A DNA stretch of 63,579 nucleotides, the filler included, from Saprolegnia diclina VS20 (lineage: Eukaryota): the NCBI RefSeq assembly GCF_000281045.1. It is 5 parts of one record of this genome, joined end to end, with 100 filler letters (N's around TTAATTAATTAA, not from the genome) between each part and the next. Parts side by side here need not be neighbours in the genome. Positions count along the whole stretch, not along the records: positions 1 to 31,133 come from NW_008246137.1; positions 31,234 to 51,252 come from NW_008246137.1; 3 more parts are not named here. One strand, written 5' to 3'. Numbering within the stretch: position 1 is the stretch's first letter; every line of letters begins with the position of its first letter. This document shows positions 24,866 through 34,261 of this stretch, piece by piece. The notes beneath the pieces were generated by a model. The model did no database searches and had not been told where the DNA came from. It worked only from the letters and a program-made list of their open reading frames with translations. Made by a program: the position numbers and the translations under genes.

Positions 24866-27700
24866 ATGGCTCCTCGGCGCAGCAAGAAGGGCAAGGCCAA
24901 GAAGACCGACGTGTACGAGCACGACGACGACGAGGCCAATGAGGCCCGCGAGGCCGCGCGCATGGAGATCGACGGCGTCTACGAGTACGAGGCGCCGGCC
25001 AAGATCGCCCGCGACGACGACTCGGAGATCGATGAGGACGGCGCGTTCGACTCGGAGGACGACGCGACCTTTGGCTCGTTCTTTAGCGGCGGCAAGACGA
25101 CGACGTCTAGCAAGAAGAAGGCCGCGGGAAAGAAGGCCTCGGGCAAGAAGGCGGCCGACAGCGACGACGAGGCCACGGCCAGCAACGACGAAGACGACGA
25201 CGACGAGGCCGGCGGCGACTTGCTCTCGGACATGCTAGGCACGGCGCCGGCGGCGCGCCTGCCCACGGCGGACGACGAGGATGAGGACGAGGATGACGAG
25301 GATGACGACGATGATGAGACCAAGCACGCGTCGCTCATGTCGATGGTCGATGCGATGGCCAAGGGCCCGAAGCGCAAGATCGCGCACGCCGAGATGACGG
25401 AAGACGTGGCGCCGTCTGCGTTCAGCAAGAAGATTGGCGGCGCCGAGCTCACACTGGCGTCGCTCATGGCGTCGTCGATGCCGTCGCTGCCCGGCGACGA
25501 GGACGACGAGGACGACGATACCAAGGACGAGGTCATGGCGTCGGGCTCGGCGGCGGCGCTCAAGCGGCAGTTTGCGCAGCTCGAGGCCGACGACAGCAAG
25601 CTCTCTGCGCCGCTAGCGCCGGTTCTTGATGCCCGCGCGTCGCGCAAGGTCGCGTACGACGCCAAGAAGAAGGACCTCGACGTGTTCGTGCCGGTCGTCC
25701 AGCGCAACCGCCAGAAGGAGACGCTCGACTTTCGTATGCAGGGCAGCGCGCCCGCGCCCAACATCACGGTGGCCAGTCTCACGACCAAGTTCAAGCCCGA
25801 GAAGCCGCTCGAGAACGACGTGGCGGCGCTCTTGGCGACGTCCGGGTGGTCGGACAAGGCGGCGGCGGCCGACGAAGCCGCTGCGCTCGAGATGAACGCG
25901 CTCTCGACGGAGGAGGTCCAGGCGCGCCAGAAGGAGCTCGCCAAGATGCGCGTGCTCATGTTTTACGAAGAGCAGAAAGCGCGTCGCGTCAAGAAGATCA
26001 AGTCGAAGCTATACCACAAGATCCGCAACAAGCAGGACGCCAAGCGCGAGCGGTCGCAGCTCCGGGAACTCGACCCGGAGCTCGCCGACCAGCTCGACCT
26101 CGAGGACGCCGAGAAGCGCGCAGAAGAACGCATGACGCTCAAGCACAACAACACGTCCAAGTGGGTCAAGCACCAGCTCGGGCGAGGGATTCAGGCCGAC
26201 GCCGGTACGCGCCAGGCGATCCACGACCAGCTCCGGCGCGGTGATGAGCTGCGTCGCAAGATGGACACTGTCGCCAACGAGAGCGACCTGTCCTCGGACG
26301 ACGACAGCGAGACGGAGACCAACGAGACGGAGACGCAGCGCCTCCAGCGCAAGCTCGCGAAGAAGGCGTCGGCGCTCGTGATGGAAATCACGGCCGACGC
26401 CGGGGCGTCCAAGGCCGACGGGCTCCACGGGATGAAGTTTATGCAAAAGGCGGTCGAGAAGCAGCGCGAACGCGCGCTCAACGACGCCGAGAAGCTGCTC
26501 CAAGAGCTCCGCGGCGACGACTACGACGACAACAACACCGACGACGACGACAACCCGGCGCCGGCCAAGAAGGCCAAGAAGACGACCAAGGTGACGGCTA
26601 CCGACAAGAAGGCTGTGGCCGCCAAGATGGTCCACGGCTCGCAGCAAATGACGTCCGTCATGATGGACAAGGCGCACAAGACGCGCGTCTCGTCGGCCAT
26701 TCAGATTGACTTTGGCGACAGCGCGCCGGCACCGGTCGTGCTCGTCGACGAGTCGGCGCCCGAAGCGTTTGCATCGGTGGCAACTGCCGCGCCCGAGAAC
26801 CCGTGGCTCGACGCGACGGCCACCAAGAAGCGCAAGAAGCCGCGCAACCGCAAGAAGGCGGTGGCCGAGTCGGCGACGATCGGGTCGGCGATCGCCTCGC
26901 TCGCAACGACGTCGGACGCGCCGGCGACCGGCATCCTCGGTCCGTCGGCGGCCGATATGAAGAAGCGCAAGGCCGCCGACACGACGACGCCCGCGACCAA
27001 GAAGGCCAAGACGACCGATGCCAACGCTTCGGCCAACACTTCGGCCACCGCCAAGACCGAGACCAAGACGGAGGCCAAGACGGAGGCCAAGCCGACGACG
27101 CAGAAGAAGCCGACGACGTCGTCGGCCGACCTGGCGCAGGAGGAGCTCGTGCGCCGGGCGTTTGCGTTTGCAGACGAGGGCGACGACGAGATCGGTGCCG
27201 AGAAGGACCGCATCGCGGCCGAGGACGGCGACGCCAAGTCGGGTGCGGAAGTGGCCAAGCTCACGGGCATGACGGGCTGGGGCTCGTGGGCCGGCGAGGG
27301 CGTCAAGACCTCCAAGCGGCAACTGGCGCGCCTCGAGCAGGCCAAGGCCGTCGCCGCGGCTGCCAAGCTCGCGGCGCTCAGCAAGCGCAAGGACGCCAAG
27401 CTCTCGCGCGTCCTCATCAACGAGAAGAAGGACAAGAAGGCGGCCAAGTTTATGGTGGCGAGCGTCCCGTACCCGTTCACGTCTCGCGAGCAGTACGAGC
27501 TCGCGATGCGCAACCCGCTGGGCGCCGACTGGAACACGACCAAGTCGGCCAACGCGCTCACGGCGCCCGAGGTCATGCTCCGCGCGGGCCAGATCATCCA
27601 GCCGCTCGTGCTCACGAACCAGGAGAAGGCGGCCGCCAAGACGGACGCGGCCAAGGCCAAGAGCAAGGCCACCAAGGCCCAGCGAAAAGCCAAATTTTAA
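24866..27700 (+). CDS. UTP14: U3 snoRNA-associated protein 14
   Basis: RRVKKIKSKLYHKIR, RAEERMTLKHNNTSKW, GLHGMKFMQKA, ENPWL, GWGSWAGEG, VPYPFTSREQYE, PLGADWNT; intronless; ATG at 24866. Confidence 0.95.
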   Translation: MAPRRSKKGKAKKTDVYEHDDDEANEAREAARMEIDGVYEYEAPAKIARDDDSEIDEDGAFDSEDDATFGSFFSGGKTTTSSKKKAAGKKASGKKAADSDDEATASNDEDDDDEAGGDLLSDMLGTAPAARLPTADDEDEDEDDEDDDDDETKHASLMSMVDAMAKGPKRKIAHAEMTEDVAPSAFSKKIGGAELTLASLMASSMPSLPGDEDDEDDDTKDEVMASGSAAALKRQFAQLEADDSKLSAPLAPVLDARASRKVAYDAKKKDLDVFVPVVQRNRQKETLDFRMQGSAPAPNITVASLTTKFKPEKPLENDVAALLATSGWSDKAAAADEAAALEMNALSTEEVQARQKELAKMRVLMFYEEQKARRVKKIKSKLYHKIRNKQDAKRERSQLRELDPELADQLDLEDAEKRAEERMTLKHNNTSKWVKHQLGRGIQADAGTRQAIHDQLRRGDELRRKMDTVANESDLSSDDDSETETNETETQRLQRKLAKKASALVMEITADAGASKADGLHGMKFMQKAVEKQRERALNDAEKLLQELRGDDYDDNNTDDDDNPAPAKKAKKTTKVTATDKKAVAAKMVHGSQQMTSVMMDKAHKTRVSSAIQIDFGDSAPAPVVLVDESAPEAFASVATAAPENPWLDATATKKRKKPRNRKKAVAESATIGSAIASLATTSDAPATGILGPSAADMKKRKAADTTTPATKKAKTTDANASANTSATAKTETKTEAKTEAKPTTQKKPTTSSADLAQEELVRRAFAFADEGDDEIGAEKDRIAAEDGDAKSGAEVAKLTGMTGWGSWAGEGVKTSKRQLARLEQAKAVAAAAKLAALSKRKDAKLSRVLINEKKDKKAAKFMVASVPYPFTSREQYELAMRNPLGADWNTTKSANALTAPEVMLRAGQIIQPLVLTNQEKAAAKTDAAKAKSKATKAQRKAKF

Positions 27701-27733
27701 GACGACAATATCATCATCCATCTTTGTACTAGA

Positions 27734-28756
27734 CTAGACAGCAGGGACGAACGCAGTGAGAAAGCCGTCGAACGCGTGCAGGTCGTGCGAGATGCGGGCC
27801 CAGATCTCGGGCGCCGCGACCGACTCGGGCACGTAGCCGAATTTGCGCTTGACCTCGACCTGCAGCAAGTGCAGGTACTGCCGGACGTGCTGCAGAAGCG
27901 ACTCGAGCAGCTGCTTGCCCTCCAGGGCGGTCGCGGCGCTGCGGACGACGTGGGCTCGCGTGAGCGTCACCGTCTCGTGCTTGACGGCGAGCTCTCGCCG
28001 CAGCGCCTCGCCGGTCGCCTCGGCTGCGGCAAGGGCCGTCGCCAGGTCGCTCGCCCGCGCCGCGTGGTGGGCCACGTCGGTGAGGAGCGTCTCCTTTTCA
28101 GCCGCGACGACGGCTTGCTGCTGCGTCTCGGACGCGACCTCGCGCTGCACTTGTGCTGCATGGGATTCGAGCCAGGCGACGTTCTTGGCGGCCAAAAGAA
28201 ACAGCCGGTCGATCTACGTGCTGTGAGAGGACGAGGCCAGTGGCAACCGTGGTACCAAAGCCGTCTCGTCGGCGGCGGCGACGGCGTCACGCGCTGCGTC
28301 CGCGGGCGGCGCCGTGTCGATGGCCTCACGCACGCCCAAGAGGCCCTCGACGTGCGCGCTGAGCTTGTCTTCGAAGCGCTGGAGCTGCATGCGCGTGCGG
28401 CGGTGGGCATCGGCTTCGGCCGCCAGCGACGTCTTGAGGTGCTCGTTCTCGCGGAGGAGCACGAGGAGCTTCGCCATGAGGTCGGTGTCCTGCTCGCGCA
28501 GGTCGGCGAGCTGCGCGCTGAGCGACGACCGGTCTTGGAGCTCGGCTTCGACGAGGCGCAACCGCTTTTGCAGCGCGCGTGTTGCGGCGAGCTCCTCCTC
28601 GAGCTTGCGCCGGCGCGGCGCCCACGACGCCATGCGCGCGACTGCGTCGTCCTTCCAGCGGCGCAGCTGGGCGAGCTCAAACTGCGCATCGGCAAGGTCG
28701 GCGCGGAGGCCCAGGTTCTCAGCCTGCGCGTCCCAGCGCCGCAAGTCGGTCGCCAT
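27734..28756 (-). CDS. Coiled-coil hypothetical protein, two exons
   Basis: MATDLRRWDAQAENLGLRADLADAQFELAQL... heptad-rich exon joined through a gtacca..cacgtag intron to IDRLFLLAAKNVAWL...FVPAV*. Confidence 0.65.
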
Positions 28757-29334
28757 CACTCGTCGTTTCTTCAAGCCGTTTCGACGCAAGATACACGGCG
28801 AGGCAGCGCGAGAAGGATGGGCATGGGACCTAGTCGGCGGCGGCGCAAAACGGGCAGGAGTCCCACTGCCGTGACCACGCGTGGTGGATATCTCACCCAC
28901 GGCCTTTCTAGACGTGGCAGCACATGGCCGCCTGCCGCAGTCACCACACAGCCTTCTTGGCCAAGCATCCACACCGTCGCGACTGGATAGCGAGCCTCGT
29001 GTTCTTGACAAACGACGACAAGGCCGCGTCGACGCCTCAAAGAAGCGCCACATGGACTCGTGGCGAGCAGTAGCACTACCCGTACAGTACGCGTCGGGAT
29101 ACCAGTACGCGCCGAGGGCGGCGTACCATCTGCCTTGTGCGCTCCGCTGCATCGCTGCGTGCTCGGTCTGCTATCGCTACTCGTGCCCACGTCAGGGCTG
29201 AGATTGCCGTTTGAGTTTGCACTTCTGGGCGCGCGCAACCTGATCGGTTCCGTAATGGCTGGTATCCCACTCTGGCCATCGCGACAGCACGACAGCGCTG
29301 TCGCCAGTTGCGCCAGACGCCAAAACTCGCCAGT

Positions 29335-31133
29335 ATGAACGAGCGCGTGCCACCGAGCCCCGTGCTCGAGTACGACTACCCTGCCGAGCTCTTCGTGCCG
29401 GCGCCACGCCGACCGACCGCGTACGACCGCATCCGACAGGCGTACACGCACCCGACCGCGCGCCTCTCGCTCAACGACGACGTCGGGCCCGACAAGGTGC
29501 CGCAAGCGGTGCTGCCGTGTCTTGCGCTCTTCACGTCGGTCGTGCTGGGCTTTGTGCTCTCGTATGGCGTCGACTACGCCCTCGATGAGCCGCCCAACTT
29601 TGCGAACCGGACCCAAGCCGACTACGAGGCGCTTCTTGCGTTCACGACCAAGCGCGCGTCCATTGCGCGCTGGCTCGACCTCCCCGGCACGCTCTTTGTC
29701 CGCGCCTTGTCCTGTCTCGTCGTCCCGCTCATCTTTGTCAACCTCGCCATGGGCGTCGCCGAGCTCGTGCAGACGGCCAAGCTCGGGCGCGTCACCGCCA
29801 AGATGCTGCTGCTGTTCGCACTCACGACGATGGCGGCCGCCGGCCAAGGCCTTCTTTGGATGTCGATCGTGCCCGAAGCCCGATTGCACACGAGCCAGAC
29901 GAACACGACGCGGGTTGACAGTCGCCCGCGCCGCATGATGTCCACCGAGGTCCTCTGCCCGCTCGCCAACAACGAGACGGAGTACCTAATCTGGAAGGAC
30001 AAGGAGCTGAGCTGCAGCCGCGACAAATCGTCGGCCGCCTTCCAGGTCCGCGACACGAGCCGGATCTTGGCGAATGTCTACAGCGCCCGGCGCAGCGTCA
30101 AGAAGCAGTCGGTGGTCGACGTCATCCAGAGCATCTTCCAGATGGTCGTGCCAAGCAACCTCTTTGCGTCCTTCGTGCGGGGCGAACTCCTCAGCGTCGT
30201 CGCCTTCGTCGTGCCCTTTGGCCTCGCGATCGCACGGTCGGGGGCCGTCACGGGGCACAACCCGATGTGGGCGCTCTGCCAGCAGCTCACGAGCATCTTC
30301 ACCATCATGATCGCGTGGGTCATCCAGACCGCGCCAATTGCCGTCCTCTTCATGGTCGCCTCGACGCTTGTCTACCCCGAGGATGAGAACGCAGCGAGCT
30401 ATGGGTGGGCCGTCGACGGCGGCAGCCTCCTCTCGGGCGTCGTCAAGGACCCGTCGGCGCTGCCGTTTGAGCAGATCCTCGCGCGCTCCGAGTACTTCTT
30501 CGACAACCTCACGGCCGAAAAGTCGTCGATGCTCACGTTCCTCGGGCTCTACTTGGCCGGGTGGGTCCTGCACTGCTTTGTGTTTTTGCCGGCGCTCGTG
30601 CTACTCACGACGTCGCGGGCGCCGTGGACGTACCTCCGGCGCATCTTCCCCGCGCTCTCGTTTGGTTTCTTCAACGCGTCGGCGCTGGCGTCCATGCCGC
30701 TCCTCATGAAGTTCATGCACCTCTCGCAGTTTGTCTCTCGCCACATCACGCGCCTCGTGGTCCCTGTCGGGACTGGTGTCCACATGGACGGCGTCGCCTT
30801 GTACGTCTCGTCGGCCATGGTCTTTCTGCTCCGCACGCAGAGCTACGACCGCAGCGCGCCCGTTCCCGAAGCCTTCTTGCTCAACGGCGCCATGTACGCC
30901 ATCATCTTTGTGTGCGCGACGGTCGCGTCCTGGACGATGCCGCCACTGCCGCACAACGGGCTCCTCGGGCTCACGTTTGTGTGGTTCACGGTCGTGGGCG
31001 AAGTCCGCCCCACGAATTTGCACTGGATGATTGCCATGGACGTCGTCACCGACCGCCTCTCGACCGTCGGCACCATGATGTCGAACGCGATTGTGACGCT
31101 CATCATCGCGTCGTCGGTCGACGAACGCTACGC
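29335..31133 (+). CDS. Dicarboxylate/amino acid:cation symporter (DAACS/SLC1) family, divergent; 3' end in gap
   Basis: LPGTLFVRALSCLVVPLIF, MVVPSNLF, TM7 PVGTGVHMDG, TM8 MDVVTDRLSTV. Confidence 0.88.
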
Positions 31134-31177
31134 NNNNNNNNNNNNNNNNNNNNNNNNNNNNNNNNNNNNNNNNNNNN

Positions 31178-31189
31178 TTAATTAATTAA
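31178..31189. other. Artificial six-frame stop linker TTAATTAATTAA inside a ~100-bp gap (also 51297-51308, 56967-56978, 60585-60596)
   Basis: The same 12-mer is centred in N runs at four places. Confidence 0.95.
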
Positions 31190-32376
31190 NNNNNNNNNNN
31201 NNNNNNNNNNNNNNNNNNNNNNNNNNNNNNNNNGGGAACGGTCCGTGACTCGCTTGGTCATCGATGCTTCGACGAGACGTGCAATGTCAACAGTTCACTG
31301 CCTTGACGGTCCATTGGGATTCTTCGAACGTACTTGACATAGCCCCTCGTCAGTCCTGACCGTCGGCGTTGTGCGGCCCCATGGTCGCTCTCGCCTTTTG
31401 CACCAGCGCCCATAGCGCTTTTGCTCCACGTTTCGCGTGAACCACGTACGTAGTACAAGTCCAGCCGAATTGACCCTAGGACCTGCCGTTTTGATGCTAC
31501 CTACTGCGTCGCCCATTTTCTTCCAGTGCTCTTTCATCGTGGTGAAGCCCCTCCACTCTAGTCTGCTCTGGTTTGCTCGGCGCCTACTCCGCCCAATATC
31601 GCCACATTTGCTCGAGCTCATTGCTATACCACCACGTATTCAGCTCAGCCAAATAGAGAGCACTGTACGACGGCCATGTCGCAGAGCACGCGTTTTGCAG
31701 TCGGCGTCGGCGCACGCAGTTGTTGCATTTTGGCCCATAAGTATACGGATCGAAGAAGGCGACCGGATCCCACCAAGCCAGTTGCAACCCATCCTTGCCA
31801 TCATGGATATGCACCCGACAATGCACGTAGTAGCTTCCTCTAATGTCCTGAGGCCTCGTAGTATTCGCACTCTCCATAGTGTGAAAATGCGCTGTCCAAG
31901 TTCTTGGTCTCGTCAACCCGTCCGTCATGTGGCCAGAAGCTCCGTCCCCGACCAAGACCATCCATACTAGTATGCAAGATTCGAACTTGACGTGTATACG
32001 CCGGGCAGAGTTCCTGCACCTGCCTTGCGTCTCAAAGAACCGACTGCGGACATTGGTGCAATGCATGCTCAGGGTTCGAATCGCCGCTACCAACACGCCG
32101 CTACCATGAGACGGACGCCGCCGCTTCGATTCTCAGACACCCGAGATCGTTGTGGACACAGCACGTCCTCTCGGCGACGACCGCCTCGTCGTGGCGTCGA
32201 GTCGCACACAAGTGGCTGCAAATCGCCAGGACATGATCCTCCCGACGCGGACAACAGATGGCGCGTCCAGTCAGAACGTTCGAAACAGAGAGGCAGACGA
32301 CACCAACATATGTGTGTCAAGATCGACTTTTGATGTGGTGATCTCGGAGATCCATTTTACCTTTTCCCCTTTGGCC

Positions 32377-33804
32377 ATGAAGTCCATCTTCCTCACAACC
32401 GCCCTTCTCGCGGCGTCGGCGACCGCGCTCGAGATGACCAACAAGGAGCGCAACGAGCTCCTCCAAGAACTCGACGCGTGGAAGAAGAGCCAGGCCGGCA
32501 AGGCCGCCGTCGTCCAGGGTCTCCTCCCGCCCAAGCCGCGCACCGAAAGCTTCAACGCGCACGAACAGCTCGAGACGGAGCTCACGCGCTTTGCCCACAC
32601 CAAGAAGGTCGTCGCGGACCTCAACAAGGAGCACAACGGGTCGGCGACCTTCTCGACCGACAACCAGTTTGCGCTCATGACGGACGCCGAGTTTGAAAAG
32701 TTTGTCAAGGGCGCGTTCGAGTCGCCCCCCAAGAAGCGCCAGCTCCGCGGTGAAAACATCCAGCTCCAGCTCACGCCAGCGCAGCGCGAGGCGAGCGGGA
32801 AGGACTGGACGACGGGCAAGTGCATGCCGGCCATCAAGAACCAGGGCAGCTGCGGCTCGTGCTGGTCGTTTGCAGCCGTCGGTGCGTCTGCGATGGCGCA
32901 CTGCCTCGTCACGGGTCAGCTCATCGACCTCTCGGAGCAGCAGCTCGTGAGCTGCGCGTCGAGCGCGGGTCAGGGTTGCCAGGGCGGCTGGCCCAACAAG
33001 GCCCTCGAGTACATTGCGCAGACGGGCGTGTGCTCGTCGTCCGACTTTCCGTACACGCAGAGCGACAGCCAGTGCAAGCAGAACTGCAAGAAGAACAAGC
33101 TCAGCGTCGGTCGCCCGGTCGACATTCGTGGCGAGAGCGCGCTGCAGTCGGCGCTCGACAAACAACCGGTGACCGTCGTCGTCGAGGCCGGCAACAACGT
33201 GTGGCGCAACTACAAGAGCGGCATTGTCAAGTCGTGTCCCGGCGGCCAGTCGGACCACGCGGTCATTGCGGTCGGGTATGGCTCGGACGGCGGCAGCTAC
33301 TTCAAGATCCGCAACTCGTGGGGCACGGGCTGGGGCGAGCGCGGCTACATGCGTCTCCAGCGCGGTGGCGGCGGTCAGGGCATGTGCAACGTGGCCGAGG
33401 CGCCGTCGTACCCGTCGATGAGCGGCAAGCCGCAGCCCGACAACGGTGACAACGACGACATGCCGACGTCCGACCCGGACGATGACAACAACAACGACCT
33501 CCCGACCGGTCCCCCGGATGATGACAACAACAACGACCTACCGACGGGTCCTCCGATCGACGACGATGACAACGACCTCCCGACGGGTCCCCCGATCGAC
33601 GACGATGACAACGACCTCCCGACCGGTCCTCCGGATGATGACAACAATGACTTTCCCACGGGCGAGCCGGACGACAACAACGACTGGGACGACAACAACA
33701 ACTGGGATGATAACAACAACTGGGACGACCAGAACAACTGGGACGACCAGAACGGCGGCGACGACTGGAACTGGAACGGCGGCAACGACTTTTGGGGCCA
33801 CTAG
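32377..33804 (+). CDS. Secreted papain-family (C1A) cysteine protease with I29 prodomain and acidic repeat C-terminal tail
   Basis: Signal peptide MKSIFLTTALLAASATA; NQFALMTDAEF prodomain; catalytic QGSCGSCWSF, SDHAVIAVGYG, IRNSWG; LSEQQLVSC; GCQGG. Confidence 0.95.
   Translation: MKSIFLTTALLAASATALEMTNKERNELLQELDAWKKSQAGKAAVVQGLLPPKPRTESFNAHEQLETELTRFAHTKKVVADLNKEHNGSATFSTDNQFALMTDAEFEKFVKGAFESPPKKRQLRGENIQLQLTPAQREASGKDWTTGKCMPAIKNQGSCGSCWSFAAVGASAMAHCLVTGQLIDLSEQQLVSCASSAGQGCQGGWPNKALEYIAQTGVCSSSDFPYTQSDSQCKQNCKKNKLSVGRPVDIRGESALQSALDKQPVTVVVEAGNNVWRNYKSGIVKSCPGGQSDHAVIAVGYGSDGGSYFKIRNSWGTGWGERGYMRLQRGGGGQGMCNVAEAPSYPSMSGKPQPDNGDNDDMPTSDPDDDNNNDLPTGPPDDDNNNDLPTGPPIDDDDNDLPTGPPIDDDDNDLPTGPPDDDNNDFPTGEPDDNNDWDDNNNWDDNNNWDDQNNWDDQNGGDDWNWNGGNDFWGH
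33445..33790 (+). repeat. Coding tandem repeats: ~6 x DLPTGPP(D/I)DD(N/D)(N/D)N, then 4 x WDD(N/Q)N(N/G)
   Basis: ~39-nt and 18-nt units visible in both DNA and translation. Confidence 0.9.
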
Positions 33805-34261
33805 ATAGCTCGACGGACGTTTATTTGTCAACACTAATGTATACTCTATGTGTAATGCAACTGCTTGATGGTCAGTCGACGCTCTAGCGATGGAGCGACC
33901 CCGTCGTAGAGAGCCAACTTGGTCCTACCTCGTCGGGATCAGCTCTGTCGTTGACCTCGCGCGATCTGACTCTTCGCGCTCGTGCGTAACGCATTACCGC
34001 ATAAAACCTCATTCGCCTCGAGCTATTATCCTTCCCTTGCACAAGCAAGGCAGCAGCTAGCACCGCGTGCGTCTCGCCCTTGGTCCCAGTGACATGAGCC
34101 ATGAGCATTGACCCATATACAGACGTGGTTCCACCGCTTCATAGGGCGCGACCTTGGTCCTGAGCGGGAGCACTCAGAGTCGATGCATGATGTTCTAATA
34201 AGAGGAGGGAGTTGACGAGGCGTTAAATAAGTCTGTATTGATATATTGATACTAGCACCGC

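Noticed and set aside
26009..27721. Long antisense or alternate-frame ORFs over UTP14 (also over the aquaporin, FBTs, DAACS and protease)
   Set aside because: Expected from high GC3 codon bias; they show no domain motifs.
31134..31232. TTAATTAATTAA inside N runs as a biological repeat (four sites)
   Set aside because: The identical 12-mer centred in ~100-bp gaps is an assembly stop linker, so ORFs ending in 'LIN' there are artefacts.
32050..32095. GGTTCGAATC B-box-like motif suggesting a tRNA or SINE
   Set aside because: No acceptor, anticodon or T-stem pairing could be built around it.
33445..33790. Regularly spaced repeats as a CRISPR-like array
   Set aside because: They are in-frame coding repeats with no unique spacers, in a eukaryotic gene with no cas genes nearby.
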